Positions 13,520-26,372 of a stretch of DNA of 64,000 nt are shown in pieces. How positions within the stretch are numbered: the stretch's first letter is position 1; every line of letters begins with the position of its first letter. The position numbers were made by a program, and so were the translations under genes. The stretch is from Epiperipatus broadwayi. Lineage: Eukaryota > Animalia > Onychophora. The notes under the pieces are model-generated. The model worked only from the letters and a program-made list of their open reading frames with translations. It ran no database searches and had not been told where the DNA came from. Location of the stretch: NCBI GenBank assembly GCA_028023455.1, contig JAQFVV010000006.1:11160001-11224000 (forward strand), written 5' to 3'.

Positions 13520-14000
13520 CAAATTATTTAAAATCTTTTACTAAAGTTATTTAAAAATGTATATTTGCTTATATTATTTGAAACGCATCTTTTCTCAAAT
13601 TATTTAAAATCTTTTGATAAACTTATTTAAAGATGTATATTTGCGTATATTATTTAAAACGCATCTTTTCCCAAGTTAATTGAAAATGAGAATGTTTCGC
13701 TAAAGTTATTTAAAAGGTATCTTTAGCGTCTATTATTTAAAACGCATCTTTTCTAAAGATTATATAAAATGAAAATGTTTACTAAAGTTAGTTAAAACGT
13801 ATATATTGCGTATGCTATTTAAAACGCAGATTTTGCCCAAGTTATTTAAGAATTATATTTGCGTAAGTGATTTAAAATATGTATCTTGTCAGTTATTTGA
13901 AAAAGTATATTTCACGCAAGCTATTTAGAATATAGATTTGCATTCGTTAGTTAAAACTCATTTTTCATTATTAATAAGATCTATTTTGACGAATTATTTA
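13520..14000. repeat. Diverged minisatellite (22-27 bp TTATTTAAAA subunits in ~76-83 bp higher-order units)
   Basis: aaacgca recurs at ~13581, 13657, 13740 and 13822. Confidence 0.75.
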
Positions 14001-15864
14001 AGATGTGTAATTTACTTAAACATCAATAATTTGCGTGAGCTATTTTATAACTCACATTTTATTATTTAACAACCAGTTTGCTATAACTTCGTTTAATTAG
14101 AGGATAAGTAACTATACAGAAAACCTTAAATCAGATTCTCATTATCGCCTTTAGCGCATAATTTAATAAGCTCATTTATGAACTGACCGGTGGTAGTAGC
14201 ACTGAAGAAGCTAAGATTTTGGCGTAATTAAATTTATTAAATATTAATTTAGCGTTGCGAATGTATTGCTAATTTGCATAAAAATGCATATCTACTTGCT
14301 ATGTCTAAAATGGCCTATCTCAAGATTGTTCCACGTCCAGGCACGCCTCGAAAGTTTAGGCCACTGCGACAGTTCTTCGTATTTTGTCAAGTCACGCCTC
14401 GCAAGTTTAGGCAAATGTGACATTTATTCTTGTATAACGAAACCAAAGCGTTTCCAAAGGGCTCATAAGCCAATCTTCTGTTCTTAATAAAAAGGCCTCT
14501 TCCATTGTAGCAAGCAGATCGGTTAGGGAACCGTTTACTAGGTAATAAACCCCATTAAGAATGCATTCGAGCCGCACTTATCTGATAGTATAGTTTCTAA
14601 CGCACTAGAATCTGACGTTCCCCTGCCACCACATCTCAGTTCAGTTTCCCTAGAAAGTGACTTCGGCTTTGATCCGACCTAGAATCTGAGTTAATGCGTT
14701 TATCTGTATAACAATATTATATCACGCAAATATCTATAATATGATTTTGAATATATTTATAATATAATCTTAAACTTAGTCATTATAATATTTTAAACTT
14801 AGCAACAATGATATAATCTTCAACGTATTAGTAATATCTAGCATTTATCCATCAACTCGATTACTCTAGCTAACTATAACCGATTTCAAACATATAAAAC
14901 ATGGCATGAATTACAACATGAAAGGTGACATAAGCTTACTAAGAGTCTATTGTTTTGTAATATCATTTTATACCCTGAGAAAACATACTCAATGCTTTGT
15001 AATAATATTGTTTTATAACTCTGAGCATGCATTCATTGCTTTGTATTATTATTTATAACCCTGAGAATCCACTCACCTGCGTGTGAGCTAGCTGTACACA
15101 ACCTACTATGCTTGAGTATTTATTGTTATATTAAATTTATGAAATATAAATTTGTCTCAGTCTCATTACTTGCTCATTATCTTATGAATCACTAGTTAAG
15201 GTATATAATAGAATATGTAATAAGGGGGGAATGTCTCATGTTTTACTGCTTTGCTATTACTGGAACGTGATCAAAGAGATATCGAGTGTAACATCAGGCA
15301 TGTCATTCGCAATGGGTTGACTTGGAAGCACGAGTGAGAGGGTTGAGGTATGATCAGACATAGGATATTACTATCCCGACTTGGTCAGCTTTTGGTTCTC
15401 TGGCTTGGACTCTCAGTCTGTTGAGCAAATGTACAAACCTGACCGTTACAGTATTATGTAGTTTTTCATAAATAATTTCAAAAAGTATTATTTAACTATC
15501 ACATAGTTTATTAAGCTAACAAATTTGAATGTTACTAATAAATTTCTATCATTTGTAAATAAATAGAGAAAATCAGTATTTCAAAGTAATTCAAAAATTA
15601 TTTCTCTTTCAGAATACATAAAAACTTTGTAACTATCTTTTCTTTGCTTATTCAGAAATTGTAATTTCAATAAAAGTTATAGTTTCAGAATTTCAAATTA
15701 TATTGCAGTAAATTTGGAAAAGAAAACTTTTGCTTCTCTTGAACCTTTTGAAGTAATTCTTTTCAATAAGCATTTAAGGCATTTATATTCTTATGCTTTC
15801 CTTCAATATCTTAAAGTAATATTCTTCCTTTAGCAGTCCATTATCAGAGTTTCATACACTAATA

Positions 15865-16317
15865 CAGGGGGTGGCCAATTGTTTTGGCTCAGAGACTGCA
15901 GAGGGCCATATTGGGGCCATTTTGTGGAAGCAAAGGTTAGCAGAGGGCCACACCTTTTTTCATGACACAATAAACACTGCTTTTTTTCTGTATTACCGAA
16001 GAAATATCTGTCCATTCTTCATTAAACACATGAAATTCATCACCGATTTTACATTTTTTCAGAGGATTCATGGTTTCACTAAGTTGGAAATGTATATATT
16101 TGCTAATGCAAAGACAAAATTTAAATTAACCAGATCAACTGAAAACGCACCACATATCGTATCTACACTGTGCATGTGTATTGACATGGCTATCCTAGTG
16201 GAAAATATGAGATGAATATTTAGTTGCACACAGGAAGGAAATCTCAGTTCAAGGCAGATTTTTCTGATTGTCTTGGTGGGCCACATGTAGCCTTGGGCCA
16301 CTATTTGCCTAGCCCTG
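15865..16317. mobile_element. Non-autonomous hAT element (MITE)
   Basis: Ends are CAGGGGGTGGCCAA and TTGCCTAGCCCTG, with an exact 8-bp TSD CACTAATA at 15857-15864 and 16318-16325. Confidence 0.85.
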
Positions 16318-16899
16318 CACTAATAGCATTACAATAAAACTGGAGGAATTGGTGATTCAAGAATTGTACTGGAATGGAGCTAATGTCTTTTAATTTAGCA
16401 CTTCATTATCTATTTAAAACCCATAATACAATGAATTTTCCATCCTTTTATCAACTATACAATAATTTGACCTTAAATCTTCATGTCAAAAAAGAATTAT
16501 TTAAAAGCAAAGCTATTTTGCTTTCCATGTTCTTATTTTTTTGAAGAAGTAATGAGAGAGAAAGAAGAAAAATGAACCTCTCTGGAGAAAAAAAATCTAT
16601 CATTCTAATTTTTCTGACACTTAATTTACAGAGCATTTTAAATATTTTTCCTCAAATCTTTTGGGAATATCTCCGTAATTAAATAAATCTATTTGTAGAC
16701 AAGGGGGAAAGCATGCAAATATTTATTTTGCATTATCTTTTTCAAAATATTATAATATGTTGGGATAACCATTATCACTACAATATATATATATATAGCA
16801 TCAATACAGAGAATTAGAGATGAACCTGGATGATGGCACTCATCATCATCAACCCTGGGTGAAAATATAAAATTAAATACAAATATAACAAGGAATGAG

Positions 16900-17181
16900 A
16901 AGTATATTCTCTTATCCTTCTCTTTCACTTTCTTTGCATATCTTCATATAATCATATATATATTTCTTTTAACACTTTCATATACACATCAATGCAAACA
17001 AATTTTCTTAACCTTCTTTATTTTCCTTACAGTTTCGACTGTCCCGCAGTCTTCATCAGAGCTCTAATCTTCTCTGCTGATGAAGACTGCTGGACACTCA
17101 AAACTGTAAGGAAAATAAGGTTAAGAAAATTTGTTTGCATTGATGTGTATATGAAAGAAGTGTTATAAGATATATATATAT
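16900..17181. mobile_element. Family-A HHR foldback insertion with 17-bp TSD
   Basis: ATATAACAAGGAATGAG flanks it at 16883-16899 and 17182-17198. Intact HHR core at 17028-17059 (-), decayed mirror copy at 17077-17107 (+). Confidence 0.85.
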
Positions 17182-18580
17182 ATATAACAAGGAATGAGCA
17201 TGAGAGAACAACACAGATCTAAATATAAGTACATCCAGCATTGCGGACAAGAATAATCCATCATCATGAATGATCAATAAAAATAAATCAACAATAAATC
17301 TTGTGGCTGAATTTGAAATGGGTCTACTATAGACCAGGCTAATTATTTAGCCTTTTCCAACTTGGGGCAGATTATTTAAATAATAATTTGGATGCACAAA
17401 CTTAATGCTCAACTTTAATATAACAAAAAAGTATTGCTGGAATACTAAAACATGATGATCATCATCAATGCTCTGGCTGCTTAGTATCATTAATGTACTG
17501 TCCAATTATAAACTTAATTTCTAAATAAATAAAATAAAAGTAGTGCATGGACTTTAAAGGATGTCCCTTTTGTGCCATTCAGAATCATCATTATATGGAT
17601 GTCCATAACACTAAACATAGCATTATGCATGAATCCAGCTCAGTAAGCAAAAGCTCTATAACTGGCTCCGAGCATGAAATATAATACAGTGTATAAAAAT
17701 GCATATTTTAGGATTAAAAAATTCACTGGAATAATTTAAACAATGAAATATCAATTTATTAATAATACTTAAAATGAAATTAAGGTCTGCTGAGCATGCT
17801 GCAAATATAAATTTATCATTCTGATTTTAATTAATACACAAAGAAATATGCTATCACATTGTGATTTACTAATATATTGATAGATTTACATAAAACACAT
17901 CACCACACAGACAAGATTGTAAAAAAAATTACATAAAGTAATAAAATTCCATAATTCATTTGAATAATTCATAAAGTATGATTGATTTTAACATATATGT
18001 GTGTCTACATAAGCACTGTATAAAGTAAAATTACATATCAGAATAGTGATAAATAATCATTTTGTAATACATAAATGCATACATGTATATATACAAAATT
18101 TAGATAATCCAAATTGAAGTTATTAATTAGCCTCTTTTTTTTCAGGTAAATAAAATTTTTTCTTTAAAGAAAAAACTATTATCATTTGAAAAGTTTCATT
18201 TAAAATTCAAGTTATTATGGCTTCATTTTCAATATTTAAATGGAGTTCTCTTTTTTTTAATAAACAATATTGGGAATAAATTATCTTCTAGACCGAAATG
18301 TCATTTATTATTTTTCTTTCCTTTTTTATTTTTAGTTGACAAAAATCATTTACTTTTAATGTTTGTTTATTAGAAATTTTAACTGTCCTTTATATATATA
18401 TATGTTTGACAATATTTCTGCTTCTCTGCATATAAATAAAACAGTATACATATAAACTACTTGGCAAGCTGATGGAATCTCTGGGTAAGCTGGTCTCTTT
18501 TATAACAGTAGGCTGGCTTATTGTCATCTTTGGGAAAGGTATAATCCAGTAACTGTTAGAATATATACAATCAGTTTCAT

Positions 18581-18932
18581 TTAGTAATAAATTGAAAGTT
18601 GCCAGTCTTTCACATGTGCTTAATGTTGTTTCTCAGACAGCCAATCAGGTGTTAAACAGTGGTCTTAAAGAGTGATCAGACCTAGACACATGACAGATTT
18701 TGACAAGAAAAGGATGATACCACCCTTCTCTTAACTTTTTATATATATAAGCCGGTCTTAATCATCTTGGCTTGAAAGGATGAATATATAAATATATTAT
18801 TTTATTACTGAGTTTTTCTGTCATGTGTCTAGGCCTGATTGCTCTTCAAGATCTCTGTTTAACACCTGATTGGCTGTCTGAGTAACAACATTAAGTGCAT
18901 GTGAAAGACTTGCAACTTTCAATTTATTACTA
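18581..18932. repeat. Long inverted repeat (arms ~18581-18700 / 18815-18932)
   Basis: The arms are reverse complements with few mismatches. No convincing HHR core. Confidence 0.8.
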
Positions 18933-19375
18933 ATTTAATAACATGTGATTTATACAAATGTTTTCATTTAGTCTAGAATTTGATAGACTTCAGGCATACT
19001 GGCTAGCACACAATATATATTCAGGCTAGTGAACCACAGAAAAGCTGGTCTTCATACGAATCCAAACTCCAATATTGCACTAACAGTAGCCAGATATACT
19101 GTCCCTTGCCTTTAGTAATAACTTCATAAAAATAATTTTGTTTGCATAATCTGTAAAACTTCTCTAATCGTTTTCTCCACCCTTTTTATAGTCAGGGCAG
19201 AATTAAAAAAACCCACAGTAATTAAGTTTTCTTTATCTTGATTGAAAAAAGTTGACACTTTTCAATTCATTTTAATATTTACAAAAACAACTTTGTAGGA
19301 TTTTTATCAAAATACATTATACAAGCTTTAACTGAAACACACAGGCTTATTATATACCTGTGTCTATATATATAA

Positions 19376-19862
19376 TATATAGGGTATATGAGCACAGACT
19401 TTCACATGACCCAACACTCTCCACACTATCTCAACACTGATACACTAGAACATGTGTTGAAAAGATAAATAATCACAGATATACGTATTTCATGCTAAAC
19501 CAGCAATCATCAGTTAGTCCAGATTAACATCTCTACACATATATGCTATAAGTGTTCAGATATATATTAAGCTAGCCAATCCTCATTTCATCAGATTTTC
19601 AATTGGATGGACAGTTGGAGTATGAAGTAGATTGAAGCCTGTCCATTAAAGTATGAGGATTGGCTAGCTTAATATATATCTGAACACTTATAGCATATGT
19701 GTAGAGATGGTAATCTGGACCAACTGATGATTGCTGTTTTAGCAAGAGATATGTATATCGGTGATTATTTATCTTTTCAACATGTGTTCAAGTGTATCAG
19801 TGTTATGAGATAGTGTGGAGAGTGTTGGGTCATGTGAAAGTTGGTGTTCATATATCCTATAT
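19376..19862. mobile_element. Family-B HHR foldback inserted in TA-rich sequence
   Basis: Inverted arms. HHR cores at 19480-19513 (-; core intact, stem I mutated) and 19724-19757 (+; GAGA instead of GAAA). Confidence 0.85.
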
Positions 19863-20187
19863 ATTATAAGTTTTAACTAAAAAAATTTTTGGATCTAGTC
19901 AAAGTAGTAGAAATTTATAATTATCAGTATATCTATTAAAATACAAAAACATGCTTGTTTTAATTTCAAAATCAGAATTAATGAAATATTAATTAGACCT
20001 TTTTTAAATATATAATTTATAATTTTTTTATTCAAAATTATTTAATTCATAATTGTTATTCCAGTATGATGTAGAAAATATCTACAAAAACAATATATTT
20101 ATTTCAACTTTATGTATATATGTACACACACACTATGTTGTATACCATAAGACACATGACTGCTTCAACATATATATATATAGAGAG

Positions 20188-20296
20188 AGAGCTCACAAAC
20201 TCTTAATAAGCCTTGCAGAATATCCCCAACACCAGACTGGTTTCTCCTACTGGGGATATTCTGCAAAGCTTGTTAAGAGCTTATTTGTGAGCTCTA
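20188..20296. repeat. Short foldback related to 9160-9275
   Basis: gagctcacaaactcttaataagccttgcagaatatcccca and its reverse complement. The same sequence occurs at 9241-9272. Confidence 0.75.
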
Positions 20297-20412
20297 TATA
20301 TCATTTGAATACAAGCTTATTAAATTAGGTCATGTGATATCTGATTTGATTTTTTTGTAATATATATATATGAAAAACAAAAAACAAGTTAAACTTGCTA
20401 ACACTTGTATTT

Positions 20413-20678
20413 ATGATCAATAGATGGCATTTTACCAAAAACACTGTCAAAGCGTATGCTTGTTTACATAAACATCAGAGTAAGCATTCACTATCTCTTT
20501 CGTTAGTTCCACCCTCAGATCATGATTTCAAGCTGCTTTGCTATCATCAGTAAATCAGCTTGAAATCATGATCTGAGGGTGGAACTAATGAAAGAGATAG
20601 TGAATGCTTACTCTGATATTTATGTAAACAAACATACGCTTTGACGGTGTTTTTGGTAAAACGCCATCTATTGATCAT
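20413..20678. mobile_element. Family-G foldback (arms 20413-20534 / 20557-20678)
   Basis: ~120-bp near-perfect inverted arms. The axis falls inside an HHR. Confidence 0.85.
20518..20550 (-). ncRNA. Family-G hammerhead motif
   Basis: CUGAUGA-U-AGC(AAAGCA)GCU-U-GAAA-UCAUGA-UC/UGAG. Stem III is the perfect palindrome AUCAUGAU; stem I is 4 bp with wobbles. Confidence 0.7.
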
Positions 20679-20959
20679 ATATATATATATATTATAGTCA
20701 TCTTACTTTTTTAACAATTATAGGTATCCCTATCCTGTGATGAGGATTGGTATAAAACAAATGAGATATCTCATGACTGTGTAATTACCTTCTACTCCAC
20801 TACAGGAAATATTAAATTTCAGCTGGAAAATATTTGGAGCAATATTAATCCAAATGTGAGATGATTGTGTCTAAACAAATACACATAGATTGTTATTATT
20901 AAAATCTTGAATACCTTTCTGGTCACAGATAAAAAAGGCAGTGTAAAGATCTAATTTAA

Positions 20960-21492
20960 TGAAATATGAAAGTCCTTATTGCAATGCCATGATCTATATG
21001 GTATTCAATACTGGATAAGTGCTCTTGCATAAATTTCTATTTATGTTTTACTCTGGAAACCCCATGGATAATTATTTTACATTTGTTTTCTTGACCACTG
21101 CTACCAGGGTAACCCATTGTGATATTTCACTAGGGGTCAATATGCCCTTCCTTATTAGTTCATTAAATACTTCTTCAATCTTAGATTTCTAGGCATAATA
21201 CAGTTTGCTAGCTTGCCATATAATTGGTTCCACATTTATTTAAACCTATTTGAATAGGGATGGTTTTGATCTTCCCTGATTTTGTCTTAAATCAGGCTGA
21301 GAAATAACCTGAATCTCTCAAAATTTATTTTTTTACAACATTGATTTTTATTCCTAGAAATTCCAAACCATTTTCTGTATATCAACAAATTTACATTTGT
21401 TTACCCTCTTTTGATTTTTAAATTCATTGTCATTTACATATTCTATCTTAAGATTAGTTTTATTAATCGATAGTGGTATTAACTACTAAATG
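20960..21492 (-). pseudogene. Ty3/Gypsy pol remnant (protease end / RT N-terminus)
   Basis: The minus strand gives KSKIEEVFNELIRKGILTPSEISQWVTLVAVVKK, matching the Gypsy RT N-terminal pattern; frameshifted. Confidence 0.6.
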
Positions 21493-22299
21493 TAGGGTGA
21501 CCATGGGGTTTTTTTTGGTGGGGGGGGGGGTTGTATTCCTTTTTTAATTGTTGTATGCCATCAAAACACGTACTCCAAAAATACTTCTTTTTATTTGTTT
21601 GTACTCTTTTGGGGTCTCCATGCCAGTAGTTTTAATTTTTTTTCTTTCAATAATTTAAATTTAGTATAGTTTCACTGGATTTCGGTAGTCTGTAGTTTAA
21701 GATTATTAGCAAGATGGCAGTTAGAATTTGGGTATTTCCTGTTTTGTTTTGCTTTTTGTATTTTTCCATATTATTTCTGAATGTATGTTCTTTATTTGTG
21801 CACAATAGTTTTCATTTTGTTTTTAAATTTGTTATACATAATAATCATTTAGAATGGTTCTTTTAAAAAAAGTGTTTTTCAATTATTTAATTTTTGTATT
21901 AGAATTTGTCTTATATAATTATACTTACCATCGTCATAGTGAGTATTCAAAACGTAGTAATTCATGTAGAATCTTTGAAAACAAATACTGTGTCTCTAAT
22001 AAGATCATCTAAAAATATTCTTACAATCTAACAATTAACAGAATTGGTAAAAAAAATAAAAAATAAGATCAAATTGTTGAATTATTAATATATAAAAAAA
22101 TAATGGTAATTTAACAAGCTGTTGAATCTGAGGGCTCTTCTAAATACTTAACAGCTGTTCTTCAATGTCTCATTTAATTCAATTATTGTTTGAATGTTTG
22201 GTATTAGTGACAAGTAATAATTTAAAATATAGAAATATTTTGGCTTTTTTAAAAATATTTACTAAAAAATTATTTATTACATGTTTTTAGAATCAAGAA

Positions 22300-23161
22300 T
22301 GGAGATTTCAGTAAAAAAAAAAAAAAGTTTTCTTTCATATCAATATTAGAAAAAATACTCATTTGTGAAATGTAAAATTTGTAGAGCACAATTTCCATAG
22401 CAGTGGGTGGATGGCCTGCTATAACGTAACACATCAATATAGATAAACATAAACAATACCTTGATACAGCCGCATCAAAGTCTAAAATAACAAAAAAAAA
22501 TTTTGAACTTCCAAGTTTTGGATTGGCCAAAAACAATTAGCAATTACAGAAGATCTTTTTACTTTTCATACTACTGTGAATAACCACAGCTTTAGAAATA
22601 TGAATTGTGCTAATGAAATATTGCAAAAATTTTGTAAATCTCAATTTTCTTGTGCAAGAACTAATTGCAAGTCAATAATAAGTTTGGTATTTACAAAATT
22701 TGGGTATTTAAAAAAGTATTACGATGAAAAATTGTTACAAGATTTACAAAATATGCCATTTGATTGTTTTATCAGATATATCAGGCCATAAGGAAAAAAA
22801 ATTACATCCAATATTAATAAGATATTTTAATGTTAGAAGTGGCATTCAATTAATCATTTAAAATATATTAAGGGAGAAACCGTGGAAATTTTCTCAAAAT
22901 ATTTACTTCAAATCATCAATGAATCATAATTTGAAAATTGTGGTGATATTTGCAGATAACACAAGCATAAATTCTGGAGGGTGCAAGTAGAGAGTAGCAA
23001 TTTACATTCAAAATTAAGAGTTGTTGAAGAGAAATATATTATAAATTGGTTGGAATGCACATATTGTCGAATGCTATAAATATAGCTTCCATTTCCATGC
23101 TAAATGATATAGAGATTAAAATAATAACCATATATGTATACTTTAACCATTTTTATGATTT
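22300..23161 (+). pseudogene. hAT transposase, N-terminal half
   Basis: A BED-like CKIC...HINIDKH segment, NHSFRNMNC...FSCART (ORF 22576..22791) and FADNTSINSGG; stops and frameshifts. Confidence 0.7.
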
Positions 23162-23281
23162 AAAATCTTCAAAACATCACTTTATCATCATTTCATATGC
23201 TTACCCATGCTGTTAATAATAGTTGTGCATATATTGATTACTAAGGCTTGCACTTGGTGGCACTACTGTATTGGTAGAGAA

Positions 23282-25205
23282 AGAGGAAATGAATTTAGGA
23301 TATAGAGAAAGTAAAGTTAGTATCCAGTTTTAATAAGATGGCACAGAATAGAGTTTTCCCAAGTAGTTGGAGTAATACAAGAGAAAGATTATTTAAAGGA
23401 AAGGGTAAGGATCGTAGAAAGGTAAATAATTATAGACCGATAGCGGTAACATGTTTTATATAAAGTTTTCCCATATATGGTGGCTAGAAGAGTTGTAAAA
23501 TGGATGGAAGGGAATAATGTAGTGGGGGAAATGCAAGGAGGTTTTAGATTAGGTAAGCATATAGGAGATAGTTTATTTGTAGTTACACAACTTATGGATA
23601 TGAGTAGGAATTCAAGTAAACAGTTATATATGAGTTTTATAGATATAGAGAAGGCATATGATAGAGTAAATAGAAATAGATTATGGATAAGTTTAGAAAA
23701 TTTGGGAATGGATGGAGCTTTAGTAGATATTATTAAGAAATTATATGAAAATAATTATTATATATATATCAATTAGGGAATATAGAATCAGTTAAAGTTA
23801 AAAATGTATGGCAAGGATGTCCTATGTCATCTATTTTGTTTGTGTTGCATTTGAGTGAAATGGAAAGAGCAATACAAAGATTAGGAAGAGGAATAGAGAT
23901 ACCGTTAATAGGTAGTAAGGGAGTGTATATTTTGTCAGATCTTTTTTTGTGGATATATTTTTGTGTGCAGAAAGAAGAGAAGATATGGAAGTTATGTTGA
24001 GAACGTGCAAGGGTGGGTAAAGAGATGGGGATTAAATTTAGTGAAGAAAAATAAAATATAATGATGGTTAATACTGGGGAAAGAGAAGATGTAGAATTTT
24101 TATTGGGAGATATTAAGTTACCTGTGGTGAATAGATATAGTTATTTGGAAATTATTTTAAGTAATCAGAAAAATTATTTGGATGAATGGGAGAAAAAAAT
24201 GATAAATGAAGCAAAGAAAAGAAAGAGATTGATAAAGAAATTAACAGTGTTTTCATATAATAAATATGATATAGCTAGAATTATATGGAAAGGAATTGCA
24301 GTAACAGGATTAACATATGGTAATGATACATTACATGTTAGTAATGGGGTATTAAATTACTTAGAAAAAGTTCAAAGGGCAGTAGGCAGACTTGCATTGG
24401 ATGCTGATGTGTGGACAGGAAGAGAAGCAATTCAAGGAGAAATGGGACTGTCAAGTTTTTATATGAGAGATGCAAAAAGTAAAATGAAAATGTTTGGTAG
24501 ATTGCAGTTTATGGATAATAAAAGAGTAGCCAAAATAGTATTTAATTGGGTTACAAATAAAGGGCAGACAACAAGATGGGTAGGAAAGGTAATGCAGTAT
24601 GCAAAAGATTTGGATAAAGAATTTATATCAGTATATTTGTACAAAAGATGGGATGACTGTGATAGGAGGATTGTTGAGTGTTATAGTAGTAAGGAATGGG
24701 ATAAAAGAATAGATTTATTAATAAAGAATAGGGAGTTAGAGAGATGGAGAAATAGTATGGAGAGTAAAAAGAGTTTAAATATATATATATATAAATAAAC
24801 AGAATATTAGGTGCGAGTTAATATATGATAATAGTAAGGAAAGTAGTTTGTTGTTTAAGGCTCAAACAGGATCTTTAGCAACAGGAGAATGTACATGTAA
24901 ATGGAAAAATATGGGTGATTTAGTCTGTACATTATGTAAGGAAGGAATAGAAAATATTAGGCATCTGTTAATTGAATGTAAATGCTTGAAAACAGAAAGG
25001 GTACATATAATGAAGTTATGGAAGAATAAATATGAAAAAAGTGATTATACAGAAAGTGGATTATTGGTTTTTATGCTGGGTTTGGAAAAAGATAAGGGAG
25101 ATTTAGATATAAAGGCTATAGAGTTGACAAAGATTATGTTGTGGAAATGGGATGGAGCAGAATATGGGAAAACTTAGACTGGGGAATGTAAAATTAAGTA
25201 GCTAA
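23282..25205 (+). pseudogene. 5'-truncated non-LTR retrotransposon RT with C-terminal CCHC
   Basis: NYRPIAVT, QGGFR, FIDIEKAYD, QGCPMS and CTLCKEGIENIRHLLIEC across ORFs 23477..23776, 24061..24798 and 24848..25177; frameshifted. Clade not determined. Confidence 0.9.
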
Positions 25206-25298
25206 CAAGTTTTTCTTGGTATAATTGCTGAGACATTCTTGACTTCGTTTAAGATGAAGCTGCAGTAAATCACTTCACATCATTACATTTTATGATTT

Positions 25299-26200
25299 GT
25301 GTGGATAATTTAAAACAATTTTGTGAAGAGATTAATACTGAGTAAGAAAAGCCTCTTGAATAGAGTGGCTGCTCTGACTAGTAATAGAGCACATTCTCAA
25401 ATTATAGAAACCATTTCAATCGTACTACTTGGCTTTAGGTAAATGTCCTAAAATTCTGCAACATTTTTGAATAATGAGTATTCTGAATTAATAATTCTTT
25501 ACAGACATGTGTTTTTCATAAAGTTGTACAAGAAATAGAAGCAGATAATATTTCAGTCACAGAGGTTAGCATTATTTTAAATAATGTTATTCCACAATAT
25601 AAAGTAAAATTGCAAAAAGGTTCCTATCCCAAATTGTAAAAAATAGTTACCTATGAAAAATCCAGTCCAGGTGTAAAGGAAAAAATTCTTAAAGAAATTG
25701 TGATATTTTATAAGATATGTTTTTAATACATTGAAGAATGAACTGCTCATTTAACTGAAATCAAGTTTCCACTAAATTCTTTCAAAAAAAAAAAAAAATT
25801 AGAATGGATAGATGTTATTATAACAGTTGAATTTATATGAGAATTAAAAGATATTTTTGTTTGAGAAATAAGAACATTTTTTTTAACTAGTAAAATTTAA
25901 AAAATGGGTGGATAAAAAACTTGATGTTGATGAAAGACAGATGAAAATATTTACTCACTTTAGGGGAAATTTTATAAAAATATTATACTTCTAATTAAAG
26001 TTTTGTTGTTTCCCTGACAATAATGAATTCTGATGGGTGTGTTTACATTTGGAATGACTACTGAAAAAGAGAAAAACCACGATTATCTGTAAAGATATTA
26101 TCATCTACCACAATTGTAAAATTAAACTTGCATGATGTAAGTTGCAGTGAGATTAATGAATTGTTAATAGGAAATGAACATTACTAAACCCAAAATATGA
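25299..26200 (+). pseudogene. hAT transposase, C-terminal half
   Basis: VDNLKQFCEE...KCPKIL...VVQEIEADNISVTEV continues the frame broken at 23161; many stops. Confidence 0.65.
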
Positions 26201-26372
26201 TCTTAAAGAGTAAAAATTTTTCTGTATCATTTAATATTGTATTAAATAATGTGTTTTTAAAGGTAGCATTTGTAAAAATGTTTGTGAGGCAGTATGTTTT
26301 GTAAGGCAATACACAACTTTTTTTATTTTATTTATTATACTCCTTTTCCATCACAAATAGTTGGTTACCTTA

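Larger units (their letters stand above)
21493..26372 (+). mobile_element. Decayed hAT DNA transposon containing a ~2.1-kb nested insertion
   Basis: TIRs TAGGGTGACCA (21493) and TGGTTACCTTA (26362-26372), flanked by a (A)CTAAATG duplication of 7-8 bp. Internal transposase pseudogene. Confidence 0.8.

Noticed and set aside
10788-14000. CRISPR-like array or prokaryotic operon
   Set aside because: No constant repeats with unique spacers, no cas genes, and gene density and TE content are eukaryotic.
22270-22536. Minus-strand ORF with apparent splice sites
   Set aside because: The plus strand here is the hAT transposase N-terminus; the ORF is antisense shadow.
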